A DNA stretch of 63,490 bases, counting the filler, from Collodictyon triciliatum (taxonomy: Eukaryota), in NCBI GenBank assembly GCA_043381765.1. It is 6 parts of 6 records of this genome, joined end to end, with 100 filler letters (N's around TTAATTAATTAA, not from the genome) between each part and the next. Parts side by side here need not be neighbours in the genome. Positions count along the whole stretch, not along the records: positions 18,637 to 37,167 come from JBHJMP010001363.1; positions 37,268 to 51,184 come from JBHJMP010001364.1; 4 more parts are not named here. One strand, written 5' to 3'. Under the pieces are notes generated by a model, which did no database searches, had not been told where the DNA came from, and saw only the letters and a program-made list of their open reading frames with translations. This document shows, piece by piece, positions 26,302-40,200 of the stretch. The position numbers were made by a program, and so were the translations under genes. How positions within the stretch are numbered: position 1 is the first letter of the stretch; every line of letters starts with the position of its first letter.

Positions 26302-29300
26302 ATGGCTACCCCACTGGTACACTTTCACCAGCCCCAATCTACTTATTCACTCAACGCTACGCTCCTAATTCTGTAAAACCAAACGTCACAGAACAACCCG
26401 ACTCTCCCCGGCTTCATCCCTGAAGCTGACGCCGTTGCGCTGTACGAAGCCATGAAGGGCATCGGAACCAACGAGGCCGTTCTCATCGACTTTATCACTG
26501 GCCGCACTCGCGAGCAGGTTTCAAATACTCTCTTCGATTCCTCCTATTAAATACTCTTTTTTATTACAGTTTTCTTTTGGGTTATGTTCTTTCTCAACTC
26601 GTACTCTTTTTCCTTTATTTTTCTTCTTTCTTCGCCTCAGCTCCAGCACGTCAAGATGGCTTATCTGCAAAAGTATCACAAGCCTCTCGAGGAAGTAGTC
26701 AAGAAGGAGACCAGCGGCAACCTTGAGAATGTCCTCATCGCCCTGCGTGAGTCAATTTTTTGGCCTACTTCAACTATGTAACCCCTTATCTCACAATAAA
26801 TGTCCAAAGTCCGTGTTTCCCTCCCTTGCTCATTCATCGCAAAACTCAAGTCAAGGACGGTGCTGAATTCGACGCCTGGCAGATCCACAAGGCTGTTGAC
26901 GGTCTTGGAACCACAGAGAGCGTTCTCATCGAGGTATCTGCTATCATCTATGTTACACACGCTACCCCCAATCCCCATCCCTTTTCTTTTTTTACTCTGT
27001 TGCGCAATATTTATTAATTCGCCCTGTCCTCCTGTAATACTAAAGTTGTTGAATCTTTTCACCGAATATCATTCTCACTGAGCCATAATGAAAAATACCA
27101 TCTTTACTTATTGACATTTTTTATGGCCTACCTTACATGTATATGTGTGTCTTTTTCTTGTCACACCTAAAACTGCGTACATGCGGGTATTTTTTCTCCC
27201 AAAGATGAAAATAATATGACATATATTGTAAGGTTCTCACCACGCGCAGCAATGCAGAGATAGCTAGCATCAAGCTTCGCTACCGAACAGAGTACAATAG
27301 CGAGATGGATGATGACATCAAGGTTGCTGTTTTGTTTTGTTTTGTTTTGTTTTGTTTTGTTTTGTTTTGTTTTGTTTTGTTTTGTTTTGTTTTGTTTTGT
27401 TTTTGTTATAGATATTCAAGAATTAACTAGTCCCGATTTTCAATCAATTGGTTTAACTCATCCCTCAACAATATGTAATATCGAACATGCAGGGGGATGT
27501 TTCTGGGGATTTCAAGAAAGGATTGAAGGGACTTCTGTCTGTATGATTCCGCTTCTTTTCTTTCTCCTACCTTAGAATCGGATATTTCCTACGTAATTCA
27601 AATATGCCCATGTGCACCCAGGGGAATTATCAACATCTCATGGCTGACTGAATATTTTTAGTTCTCGCTTATGATCGAGCTTCGGAAGCAACTTTTTGAA
27701 ACCTTTCTCTAAACATATAATAGGGCAATCGCTCCGAAGAAACAACTTTGTCTCCCAGCCTTGTCGAATCCACTGCTCTTAGACTCTTCCATGCTGGTGA
27801 AGATCGCTTGGGGACCGACGAAAGCGTGTTCACAACTATTCTCACCAGTCACAGCTGGAGGCAAATCGAGCTTATTGCCCAGGTCTCTGTGCTTTTTTTT
27901 ATACCTTTTTCCTTTTCTCTTCTTCTTCCCATCTCCCCACTTATCTACACCGTAACTATATGTAGTATCTCCCTTTATTTCGAGGCATTGCGAAATATAG
28001 TATTTTAATCTAGTATGTTTCTCATTTGCTTTTCTGCCCGGCATAGTCTCTAATTTCCTTTTAAAATTGCAAACTTTCTAGCAATACGCTAAAATTAGCA
28101 CCAAAACCTTGGAGAAGGCAATCATCGACGAGACATCAGGCGACTACAGAGACCTTCTCTTCGCCCTGGGTATCTACCTCCTACTGACCTATTTGCTCGC
28201 ATATTGCAGAATGTCGCCTATTTTATGATTTGTGAATTCAAGGAGCTGATGACTATCTCGTCTTGAAGTGAACCCGGCCAAGTACGTCTCCGACCTCGTC
28301 CACAAAGCCATCAAGGGAGCCGGAACAAACGATCGTGCTCTTATTCGCATTCTGACTCGTTGTGACAAGGCAAAACTTGCCGCTGCCAAAAAGATCTTCA
28401 AGGCTGAGCATGGTCTCAGCATGGACAAAGCCATCGAGAGTGAAACATCCGGGTAATAGCCTTGTTCACCTTGCTGTTATAGATTGATTCAATTACAATA
28501 CGCATTAGTATTCCTATTGAAAGGAAATCAAATATAATCAGTCATACAAAAATACTTGGAATCGACATGGGGTGATATCATTAAACTTCTCTCAAGTCAT
28601 GTATCCAATTCACCTCTTTGTGCTACATCCATCTTGTCGCGTGTATGTCCTCACCTATCGGTTTCAATTACGATAGTGACTTCCGGAAGGCGCTTCGACG
28701 TTGCCTTTGCTGTAATCAGGATGACTTTTTTGCCGTAATCTTGCGAGAGTCCATGAAAGGAATGGGCACAGACGAGAAGGCTATTATCCGAGTCATTACG
28801 TCGCTTCCCTCCAAAAAAGCGGTATTTATATGCAGCTCAATCCTGACTTCCAAACATTCTCTGCATGTTTGTCGAAACCATGAAATTCACCACTGCCCCT
28901 CTTCCTCCGATTTACCTTTTTGTCTTTACTTTTTTTTTTTCTGTTTTCTTTTTTTAGATACTCGGTGTTGCAACATCCTATGAGCACAACTATGACAAAC
29001 CTTTGGTCCAAGCTTTCAAGGACGAGCTGAGCGGGAACTTTGAAAATTTCTGCGTGGCGCTGAGTATATTTTTTATCTCTTGTTTTTGTTTCTGTGATTA
29101 TTTTTTTTTATTATTTCGTATCTCTAGTCTATTTAACAAAAGGATGCATTTTTTGACGTTTGCATGAACATACACAGCTTTACCAAAGGAGGTTCTTGAT
29201 GCCCGCAGCTTAAGAAAAGCGATGGGCGGGGTTGGAACCAACGAGGCCATCGTAATCGATGTTCTTACTTCCAGGCAGGATTTTACTCGGTTCTTTCGCT

Positions 29301-30751
29301 CTGTCTCTCTTTCTATCTTATATTGACACAAACTTTTTCCTCTTGCAGTTTTCACACTTCTTGATGTCGTTTATTTTCATGCATTCCGTAAATATGATTA
29401 CGCGTGTATTTTCTTCCTTTTCCTGATTATTTCTGCCCAGCCAGAGATGCAGATTTTGAATTCCTCTTACTACCAACCAGGAGTGCAGCTGACATCCGAG
29501 CAATTCACGCTGCGTACTCCCACGAATTCAGCCGCGATTTGCTGAAAGACCTTGAGAGCGAACTTTCAGGAAGTCTGAAGAAGGGTTTACTTGCACTTGC
29601 ACAGGTATTTTCTTTTGAATGCTATATTATTTGCCATTCTTGTTTAATAATAAAAGATATATTGAGTGAAATCATCGTATTCCACAAACGGCATACTTCT
29701 ATATGGTAAGATTATTTTAGAAGAAGGACATTCAACATTTATCGCTATTCAAAACAGGGAAACCGACGTGCCGGAACTGGTCCTTTGTCCCCTGGAGAGG
29801 CAGGTGCTATGGCCGAGCAACTTTACCAAGCTGGAGAGGGTCGCAAGGGAACCGACGAGGAAGTCTTTAACAGAATTTTCACCACTTACTCACCGGCTGA
29901 GGTATTTTGTCCTTCTAATCAATATTAAAAACGTGTCCTTTTCATATTAATTCATAATCTGGTATTGTAGTATCTAAATACATGATCTTTGTGATAATAG
30001 CTGACAAGTATTGATGCCGCTTACCAAGCCAAGTACAAGAAATCTTTGGAAAAAGCCGTCAAGAAAGAAACTTCTGGCGACTATGAAGAATTCCTCCTTG
30101 CATGCTGTTTGTCTCATATATATTTCTTTCGTTTATTTTTATCTTTATCTTCATTATTTTTATCTGGCACCTTAAATTTACGTTGACAATCATTTTCATG
30201 AAAAACCATAATCTTATGCGACCTCTTACTGGCTGAGTTGTTTTCTAATTTGTCCTTTAAATTCATAGTGGATCCATTCGAGAACATCGCCAAGCACCTC
30301 AAACGTGCCATGAAAGGTATGGGCACAAACGACGACGAAGTCATTCGCATCATCGCCTCGAGAGAAAAGGTTGGTCATTATGGATTGAAACCTCTAGGTT
30401 TTCTCTCGTGGCTTTTCTCCCAACTACCCTTTCCTAGCTTATTGATTTTCCTCGTTATGCTTTATAACGTATGATGGTTAAGCATTTGTAGCACTATCCT
30501 TTTTACACATTTTGCTTCAGAATGAAATCCAGGAGCTCAAGGTTGCATTCCAAGAGAGAGCCAAGAAGAGCTTGCCTGACTATATCGAAGGTTCTTGCGT
30601 TTTGCGCTCATTTTCATTTTTCTTACGTCGCCTGATGGCGCCATTCATTGTAGCAATTTTGAAAAGAACACAGATTCAACACAGCTTCCTCTTCTTTTTA
30701 GGTGAGTGCTCTGGAAATTATAAGAAAATCATTCTTGCGTACATTCGCTAA
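26302..30751 (+). CDS. Annexin with eight repeats (octad), multi-exon
   Basis: Spliced product has eight GxGT loops (MKGIGT, VDGLGT, GEDRLGT, IKGAGT, MKGMGT, MGGVGT, GEGRKGT, MKGMGT), each followed by an acidic cap + SG motif (ETSG, DVSG, ETSG, ETSG, ELSG, ELSG, ETSG, ECSG). ATG 26302, TAA 30749-30751. Confidence 0.93.
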
Positions 30752-30905
30752 AGTGACCTGGTGCCGAGCTGCTGTTTTCTCAGCACTGGCGAAGCTTCCA
30801 TCGCTTTTTTTTCTGCAAGTCAGCCAGAGGATTAAAACCAGCGACCCACATATTTCTTCGAAGCAGAAAAAAAAAGTTTTTTTTTGTAAAGGTTGTGAAC
30901 CGTTT

Positions 30906-33757
30906 TTATGAAACTTCCTTCGTTTTTGGGGATTGAGCAAAAAGCAGAATATTCTCTGGGGAGTGCGCAGGGTCACAATAACGAATGAGCCGAGCATCAA
31001 ATCCCTGCTCCCTCAGGTACAGGATGCGTCCCCAATCAAGTAGCCGCTTGGCTTTGTATCCCACCCGACTTCGTGTGCTGTAGTCCATCTCGTATGCCTC
31101 GCTACCAACCATGTCAGGCTGCCACTCTGCCACTGGCTCCTCCCCACCCGCCTCATCAAGCTCCTCCCCATCAGCCTCTTCATCTTTGCGAGGAATGTGA
31201 TTGCCCTCTTCGTTCTTGAGGGTCTTCGCCCTCGTCCCACACACCGCCCAACTGGTCATCTTGCAGAGCACCCTGAACTAATTGCAACCAGTTAGAACGT
31301 TGTGCTCAGAAAGCGTTGCAACAGCATATGACGGAATCATTACTTCGTCCTTGCTAAGCCCAAGCGTATCGCGGATGAAGCCTTTATCTACCGTCAATAA
31401 ATAGCACATTATTAACTATGTAAGAGCACGTTTGTGCACGAAGGTCTAAACAGAAATGTGGTGTGGTAAAGATAAGCCCTGGAAAAAAAAAGTTCTTTGA
31501 CGAAATTCAGGCGTTGATATCGGTATATTGTTTTCCTTTTTGTTACTGCACAATTTACTTAGTCTTTGTGAGTTTTTTTTTTATATCGCGCGAGTTTAAA
31601 TGTCTCAGTATACACCATAGTTATATCTCGTCGTTTTTTTTTCTTTTTGAGTTAGGCAAAGTAACTTACTGGTGTAAGACTTCCAATCACAAATGTGGTG
31701 GCAGCATAGGGCTATGCACACACCATGAACTAAACCGTCAACAGAAGACCTTGGGTGTGTGCGGAAACAACGGAGAGTCAAGTCAGTTGCAGGCCCGCAG
31801 AGGTGTTTGCTAAAGGTCACAAGGTAAATAAAGTGAGTTAAAAATGTAAATAAGACATTTGCGTTTTGTGAAGGGCCGCAAAACAAAAAGGAATTTTATT
31901 TTTACAAGAACAATATCGCAGGCATGTAACATTCTTACCCGATGGCAACAACAGGTTTGTTTGTTATCGTCTCAACACCCGCCAAATTTAAGTCCTACTT
32001 TCAATATTGTATATAAATATATAGATGAAGCCCGAGGAGGAAATAAAGCTAGAGTAGAAATTGCGTGAAAGGTGTCTGAACCCCAGCAGCGCGTTAGTGG
32101 ATAATGATTCACATTCTACCTTGATGTCAAGCTTAATTCGTTGAAATCCGTCATTTTCTCTTTCAAACCGATCAGCCTGCACTCAAGTTATTGACATGTG
32201 AATTATACATTAAAGAAATATATGTACGTAATTACTTTAAGCGATAAAAAAACTATAAAAAAAACCGATGAACCCAATAAAAAGAAAAAAGACAAAAGAC
32301 ATTTAGAAACGGATGAGCACCTTCTGCCGAAATCCTTTTCTGTCAATAAGAATAGTCCCACATTTGAAAACTGTAAAGAGAGTCAGTAGGGTTGGAGAAT
32401 TGTTTGTGAAATGGAGAGCAATGTACAATAATGCGAAGGATTTACCAGCGTGGACCATTTGAGACAAAATTCCTTTCCCAGCACCGAACTCTAAACATAC
32501 TGTCTCCTCTGAGCACATGGATGATTTCTTCATGATGGAAATCATGTGCGATATTTGGGAAACGTGCTTCATGTTTCGCCTTGAGAATATTGTCCAATTA
32601 TAAGATAAGTCATTTTGATGAAAAATTACTACTACTATGAATCTAATGCGTTTCATTTTTGGTAAGCTTTCCTGAGAAGTGTTGGTCGGTTATCATTCTA
32701 AAAAGGAACGGGAATATAAAAATAGTTCAAAAAACTGAAAACTGCGAAAAATAGATTGCACACCCTTCCAAGGAACCAAAGGCTGCCAAGCATTCTTCAG
32801 AATCCGATATGTCTTGGACAATATCGGGTAATATGGCGTCTGCCAGTTGTTCGATGCGCTTGGACAGATTGTAAAGTTCGACGGGTGATATTCGATGAAG
32901 TAGAGACCGTTGCTTCTCCTTCTCATGAGAAACAGGTATATTCGGTCCGACAGATGATGCCAGTTTCTCCATGTTCATTTTTTCTGGAGGCTTCGCTGGG
33001 TCTTTGCAAGAGATAGGGTCTATACCTCCGTCTTCAGAATCCTCCCCTGTATTGATGTCTTCAGAATAAAAGGGCTCGAATCTTTCAATAGGGCGCTTGT
33101 TGCAGATTTTCATGTGTTTGTTGAGTTTGTGCAGATGGACAGCACTAAATGGAGCGATAAGACGGGGTCAGATTATCCTTTTTTTTTCTGTTTGTTTGAT
33201 TAACATGGGTATGTGAGCGCACTTGAGTATGCCTTTTGAGATATTGTTGCGACATACTGTGTCGGATCGAAAGGGCATGGGATGCGGGCAAGCTGCTCCG
33301 TGGGTGTGTCTGAACCTTTATCGACTCCTACCGATGAATGATGGCCGCAATAGAGGTTCCCAGCCTTCACCTGGATGTTGGAAATAAAAAAAATCATCGA
33401 TTGCCTTCACTATCTCAGCAGATACCAGAACTTCACGAGCAGGCCAGGCACACCAACATCATGAAAGTAAGAAGTAAAGGGAAAAGATAGAAAGAGACAG
33501 TTCCGAGAAGTAGGAGAAGAGGGAGTGAGCAGCACCTTGGTGGGGCAGAAGCGGGATTTTGTGACGAGGTAGAAATGACAGCCCCCTGATCCGTGCGTTT
33601 GCTTTGGCGCTGTTGGGCTCAAGACGTCTGCAGAGGGCGCCACCGACGGCTGTGCTGACTCGGCCAACTTGGCTCGCTTTTTCGCTGGAATGTGCCCATA
33701 CTTTGGATTGGCATGCTGCGGCCTCATGTCCGGCTCTGAGCCCTCTCTGTCAGCCAT
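30906..33757 (-). CDS. TRM13: tRNA:m(4)X 2'-O-methyltransferase TRM13, multi-exon
   Basis: CCCH finger (CHFYLVTKSRFC...YCGHH), CHHC finger (RIPCPFDPT..H..KHMKICN), SAM motif EFGAGKGILS, KHLCGPATDLTLRC, IALCCHH, KRLLDWGR..YL and YCDPAHSPEN. Confidence 0.9.
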
Positions 33758-34537
33758 TTCCCCACTCGCCGCCTTGTTCTGTCGGGGTTTGTGTTATGTG
33801 GCTGCGTTGCGGCTGTGGGCTGTGCGCTCACGCAACGTGTCGCTTATACAAGAAGGTGGGCGTGAGGAGGGTATGTGGAACTTGACTTTATGGGAATCCG
33901 CGGAGGCCGCGACTTGTTTTCTCTTTTTCTTTTCTTTTCTTTTCTTTCGTGCCGCGGTGCGCACAACAGGCAGACGAGATGGTGCGGACAAAAAGACCAG
34001 GAGTTGGGCAAAGCCAATTACCTTTGTCGGGGTAATAGGGCGGAGGTTTACATATTCGGCTTCAAGACGCAGGGAGCACATGCTCAGGGCTGGCTGCTCA
34101 CGAGGAAGGGCTGCACCTTGGGGTTGGCGGGGCCGGCAGAGTCAGCGAGTGGAGGGGCGACCACCTGATGCCCGGGCCTGCGTGCTGGTCTCGCGCTCTC
34201 TGCCCATCAAGATATAGCCCGTTTGCGAGAATAAACTGCGGGATAGCCAGCGAGAAAGGCAGCAAGCGAACTATTTGCGGTTTGTTTGGTGGATCGAAGG
34301 ATGGCAGGTCTGCGTCCAGGCTCGGGTGTGAGGGGAAGGGCGGTCCCTGTGGCCACGCTTCGCTGCGACCGTGCGTTCTGTTGTCATATTACAAACAACA
34401 AATAAGCGCGTCTTTCGGGGTTTAATTTGTGTCTTCTGATGTGTGGCATCATGATGATAAGAAGTGGCAATTTTGGATTCGCCCTATATAATATTTAATG
34501 TCATGCTGATTTCTCATAATCTGTGGGTATCAGAGAC

Positions 34538-35805
34538 TCACGAAACAGGTGCCGGTTCCTTGGTCTGGTCGGTGTTTGTCGAATGGCCACTAGAGGCATG
34601 TAACTCATGGTATTGTGAAGTGGTAGGCTCTTCTGATGGTTTAATCATGTAATCCTGAGGGCTTTCGGTTTCAGAGAGGACCAAAGAGGATATGAGTTCC
34701 AAACCTGACCCATTGCCTTTCAGATTTTCCTAATGAAAAATGGCCCGGCGATTGAGATTTGGGAGAATAAAGTAAAGATAAACATATTGTACATTTACTT
34801 TAAACATCTATTGACAATATTAAAAGCAGGTATGTAAATTTATCTAGGGAAAGGAATTATTCCTGGTATGTAAAATTGCAAAAAGAAAAGTATTGCCAGT
34901 TATTTGAAAAAAAGTGTGAGTTGATAAGAATTATGACATGTGGTGCATACATCTAAGCCAATACACATTCTCTTCTTTGAAATAGCCTCATAGTCAATAC
35001 GCGATTCCTTCCTCTTGAAGTATTTCTGAGCATGACTGGCGACTTGTGATGGCGTTCTTGATCGGATAACGTTTTTGGCTATCATCGTCCACTCTCCTCG
35101 CCCGTATGTTTTTAACCCGTTCAAAAAAAGTTGGTGTTCTTCATCAGACCAAGGAACTCCTGTTCAGTGATAATTTTATCTTTAAAAAATAACAATTATT
35201 TGGACCTATTCAAGTGTTCTAAGCAGAGTGAATAGGGCGCAGTGATGAAAATACTCTATGAAGCCAAAGCTGAAGAATTAATTCTTGCGAAAATATAGAA
35301 AATATTATTTCCTTTTGTTTTAAAGTAAATAGATATAGATATAGATATAGATATAGATATAGATATAGATATAGATATAGATATAGATATAGAAATAGAA
35401 ATAGAAATAGAAATAGAAATAGAAATAGAAATAGAAATAGAAATAGAAATAGAAATAGAAATAGAAATAGAAAAAACTGACTAGTACGACACTAAAGGAC
35501 AATTTCTTCACTATCTTCCATAAAAAAATCGAAAGTTTATGAATTATCTGAAATAGCACATGAATAATGGGGCCATCCATATTGAACAGACTTACCATAT
35601 AGTGGGTTTTTGCCTTTGAATCTTTTTCTTGGATCCAGAGGCGGGTCAGGCTACATAAATTCAAAAAAAGTTTGCCCAAACGTAAATATAAAAATGAGGC
35701 CAAAAAAAAAAGGTTGCATAGTTGTTCGTTAGTGAGCATTTGAAAAACTAGATAAGAGAGGCAAAGTCACATTACCTTCTTTTCGGGGTGATCGACTTGG
35801 GACAT
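34538..35805 (-). CDS. Single-repeat SHAQKYF-class Myb transcription factor; 3' exon structure uncertain
   Basis: Exons join to [78 protein letters not shown]. Confidence 0.85.
35329..35471. repeat. (ATATAG)n/(AAATAG)n compound microsatellite in a Myb intron
   Basis: Directly visible. Confidence 0.95.
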
Positions 35806-37268
35806 TTCCCTACAAAGAAAAAAAAAAGCTAGGCAATACAGGCAAAAAAACGTCTGAGAAAAAAAAGGAAAAGGACGATGAGGCAAAAGACGGTGGCTGC
35901 GAAATGCAACACACAATGGTTCAGTGGAGAGTCAAGACAAGAATTAAGCTTCGATTCGGTCTTTCAAACTCTCGTTCCGACCGACGTGTCTAACAAGCAC
36001 TGCTGCCTGTTGCTGGTTCTTCAGGATCGGGCGACATATAGATTTGATTGATTGATTCCTCTCTTTCCATATTCGTCGACTTGAGAGGCTATTATTTGTG
36101 GAAAATGTATATTATGAACATATATGATTGATTACGCGATATTGTAAGGCGTTGATTACGATGTAAGGAAATGGATTATAATTATACCTACAAATACTCT
36201 CGCTAATACAGCTGTACACTTTAGTTGAGTCCCGATGGTTAAAAGCCATTCCACACGCTTGATTTTATAATTTTCAAATTTTGTGCAGGATGATAGATGT
36301 TGGCTGGTTCGCTAGCATCGCTTGCATGGACGCTACTTGGTGGCCGGGTGGCGGAAAAGTAGTCGGTAATCAGTAATTGCATCCTGTGCTTTGGTCTGTA
36401 GGCTGGGTCTTGTGCTTGCATGAGAGAGACAAGGCGAGGATGAATATCTTTACACAGCATATAACTGCCATTCCCTAGTCTTCACCAAGAAATCTCCCGC
36501 CCGCGCCTGTTATGCAGCCGTCAGTATTCCTCGTGATGCCCATATTGATATGGAATGCCTCGCCGTCCTCAATCCCAAGGAAACACTATTGCATCTACCA
36601 ATCGAAGAACCAGCCAACACTCATACAAAAACCAGAATAAGGAAAGAAAAAAAGAAATAGAAAAATGGGAGGTTTAGTAGCGTTGTGGATGCGCTTCCTC
36701 CCTTATATAACGAATCTCAATCCACCGAATAAGCTGTATTTCTATGAATCTTCAGTCTGTCCAGATCAAAGCGATTTCTTCGATCAAGCAGAATCACAAA
36801 ATATCAAACAGGAAATCGCAGCAACTCACAAAGCAGGAAAGCCAGAGACAAAACAGACTGAATCGCTGCGTATCTGCGTTCAAAGCCAGCGTGTTGTGAA
36901 GAGCCCCAAATAACAGCAGCTTAAATACTCTCTTTATTGTGCCGTGAAATACAATGGAGAAGAAACTGTTGTCGACCGCGTGGCCAACCTTGGGCTTTCC
37001 TGGCGGCTGTTCGGGGCGATCGCTGATAGCACACCGTGTCCTTTGAGGATCTCGTCGAAATCACGGAAAAGAGTAAGAATTGAATTTTTCCATTTCCTTT
37101 TCCTTTTCCTTTTCCTTTTCCTTTTCGTCTTTTTCTTTTCTTTTTCTTTTTTCCTTATTCTTTTCCTNNNNNNNNNNNNNNNNNNNNNNNNNNNNNNNNN
37201 NNNNNNNNNNNTTAATTAATTAANNNNNNNNNNNNNNNNNNNNNNNNNNNNNNNNNNNNNNNNNNNNA

Positions 37269-40200
37269 ATGTTTGAATTGACACCAACCTCTTATCCAAT
37301 TTACAAGAAAGATTCTCTATACAACACGAATAAAAACTATGATTGGGGTGCATTCCGCTCTCTAGCGGAGAAAATGAAATCCAGCTCCAAACCTAAGCTG
37401 TTTATTGTTTCATTTTCAGAGCCTGGAATATACGTTTTTGAGGACTCATCTAATCCATCGAAAGAAACAATCATATCAGTGATGCAAACTGGACAGCAAT
37501 GCCCCACCGATTCTCGAATCAACCCCTTGACATCTTCGACTTTGACGAAATCAGGCGTCTCCAAAAACTCCAAACCATTGCAATCACCAGACTGGTCATT
37601 GGTTGGGTTATTAGTAGGAATACCGATGGGCGCCGTTCTGCTCTCATTAGCATCAATCAAGGCATGGAAGTCCATGAAACCGACTGAAAAGGCTGGGCAA
37701 TACTCTAAATACCGAGAGGATGCTCTAGAGAAGGACTTTGGTCAGTATATATCAAAAGGATCTCAACAACATCGTTTGAAACAGTATCAGAAATCAGCTG
37801 AGAGTTTGGATACCGAGGCTTTTGAAAACGACTTCTGGGATTATGAGCATCAAGTTGATCTGGAAGGATTTAGTGTTCAAGGGTTTAACGACAAGCTTTC
37901 GGAGCAAACAGAAAAAGTATTTGCTGAGGTATCAAAACGCTCTGGCCAAGTGAGGCATATGTATGATAGTATTTCCCAGCAAGCCGAACAACTCAAATCC
38001 ATCCTTTCTTCCAAAATGGATACCCTTACACAACATGCCGATCTTGTTCTGGGAAATGATAACATAGGTGGGAAGCTCTATGACATCGGGAGAGAAATCG
38101 AACGTAGACGCGCCATAGCCGAAAGTTTCGGAATTATCCTTCATGTATCTAGCCAAACAATTACTCTTGACATGAGCTACCGGTCGTCGTTTGAGAGACT
38201 GGAAAATGAGGTATATTCCAAAGTGCATGATATCATACTTCGACTTATTCCAGAATTCCATGCAAACATAGAACAACGGTCCAATATTCCAGAGATATTG
38301 CAGGAGATGGTCGCTGATATGGAGGCAAACATCAACTTTCTCTTCGTAGAGCGAGACAAGGAATGTCGCAGGCGGTGCATATGGCCATCTGTCAATGAAC
38401 CGTTGGGCTGTCCGTTGGTTGACCCGGAAACAGGTCGTGATGTATCTCATGAATATTTATTCGATATGAAAGGGCACCTCCAGGAAATTCCAGGATTAAT
38501 AGAAAAAAATCGCAAAAGCGGGCTATACCTCCCATCTGTTGGGTCCTTGATGAGAATGCCAAGCGGTGAGGTATATCAAATACCGATTGGCTCTATGTGC
38601 ATCCACCCCGATACTGGTCGCGTTATACCGATAGAAGGTTCTGTTTGCGTCGACCTGGGAACTGGAAGACTTATTTACACCCACAATGTCGAACCTGAGT
38701 ATGAACCCATTGGAGAAGTGGTCCCTCTCTTCATCAACGTGATAAACCCATCCACCGGGCGAATGGTCGACACGCCCTTCAAAAAGTATGCCAATAAGTT
38801 CCCATTTCCTTCCTCGATTATTGACCCCAGCTCTGGCCAACTGGTTCCAATTTTGGGTGTCGCCTTGGACCCATTCAACGGTTCATTGGTCCCTATTGGA
38901 GGAACGATGCTTGACCCTGTGACAACACTCCTTCGGCCAATTGTTCCGGGTTACATATATCAGGACTCAAGCTCTCTATCCATTCTTCCTATCGCATCCG
39001 TTTTACTGGATTTGGTTACTGGGAAAGCCATTCCAGTCGGTGGGCAAACGACAGACCCAAGAACAAAGCAATCTGCCTATATTACTCTTGGAGCACACTT
39101 CACAGAAAACATGAGTGGAAAGGAGGTTCCTGTCGCTGGGTGTTTCCTAGATCCGATGCTCAACCAGACTGGCCCAATGTACGGCGGTGAAGGGATGCTC
39201 TTGGACAATCTTGAGATGGATGCTGTTGCATCCTTTGTCACAGTGCTTGACGAATGGAAGGAGCTCATAAAGCAAGTTGTTCAAGAATTTATAATTTCGA
39301 CTGCAGAGTACAATAGCAGAATGGAGGATGTCTCAGCAACAATCGATTCATCCTCTTTGGGTTGGATTGTATCTGAATATAAGAGAAAGATCGCGAGAAT
39401 GGGAACAGATTTTGACTCTAGCAACAGAAAATTTGAAACCGAGGTCCGATCAAAGAGACAAAGAATTGACAACTTGCGAAGAAGAAATAAAGAAAAGCGC
39501 ACTAGATGGTACCAGAGGCTGAGAAATCTGGAGATTCAGAACAAGAAACTTTACGAAACTGGTGGCATAGAAGGCTATATCAAAGATACCCTCGCAAACA
39601 CCAATATACCAATTATGATTGGAGAGTATGTGAAGGACAGAAACACTGGTTTGATGTGCCCTATCCTCGGGGTACATATCGAAACTGAAACTGAAAGAGT
39701 TATCCCACTAGCTGGAACCATGAACGACCCATTAACGGGCGAAACGGTACCGATCATTTTAGGAAACAAAATGCGTGATATGGAGAGTGGAAAAATCGTC
39801 TTTATTACTGGCGCGTACTTTGAGGAGGAGACTGGGCGCGTCCGCCCCAAATCTGACCAATCATCTATTGAGAGGGACACCTGGAGAGAGCAATTGTCGT
39901 TGGTCGAGAAGGAGTTATTGTCTCGCGATAATTTCAATCAAAATTTTCGTATGACGTTAGAAAGCATGTCATACCTAGAACCGAATATCATGCAACAGAT
40001 GCAAATAATTGCTACGCAACCAAATCCTGAGGCTTTGAAGAAGCTGGGAGAAATGGAAAAGCAATACCATATATGGAAAGAACAGCTTATAAATCTCGAC
40101 TTGCATGAATTCAATGAGAGACCTAAAGATCATCATTCAAAAATGATGAAATATGAAATTCATCACGACCTCACCTCCAAAGATCGTCTCTTAAAGTCAA

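Noticed and set aside
36460-36600. Stop-codon reassignment suggested by three in-frame TGA codons
   Set aside because: Other genes here end at TGA, TAA or TAG and the long exons have no internal stops, so the standard code fits.
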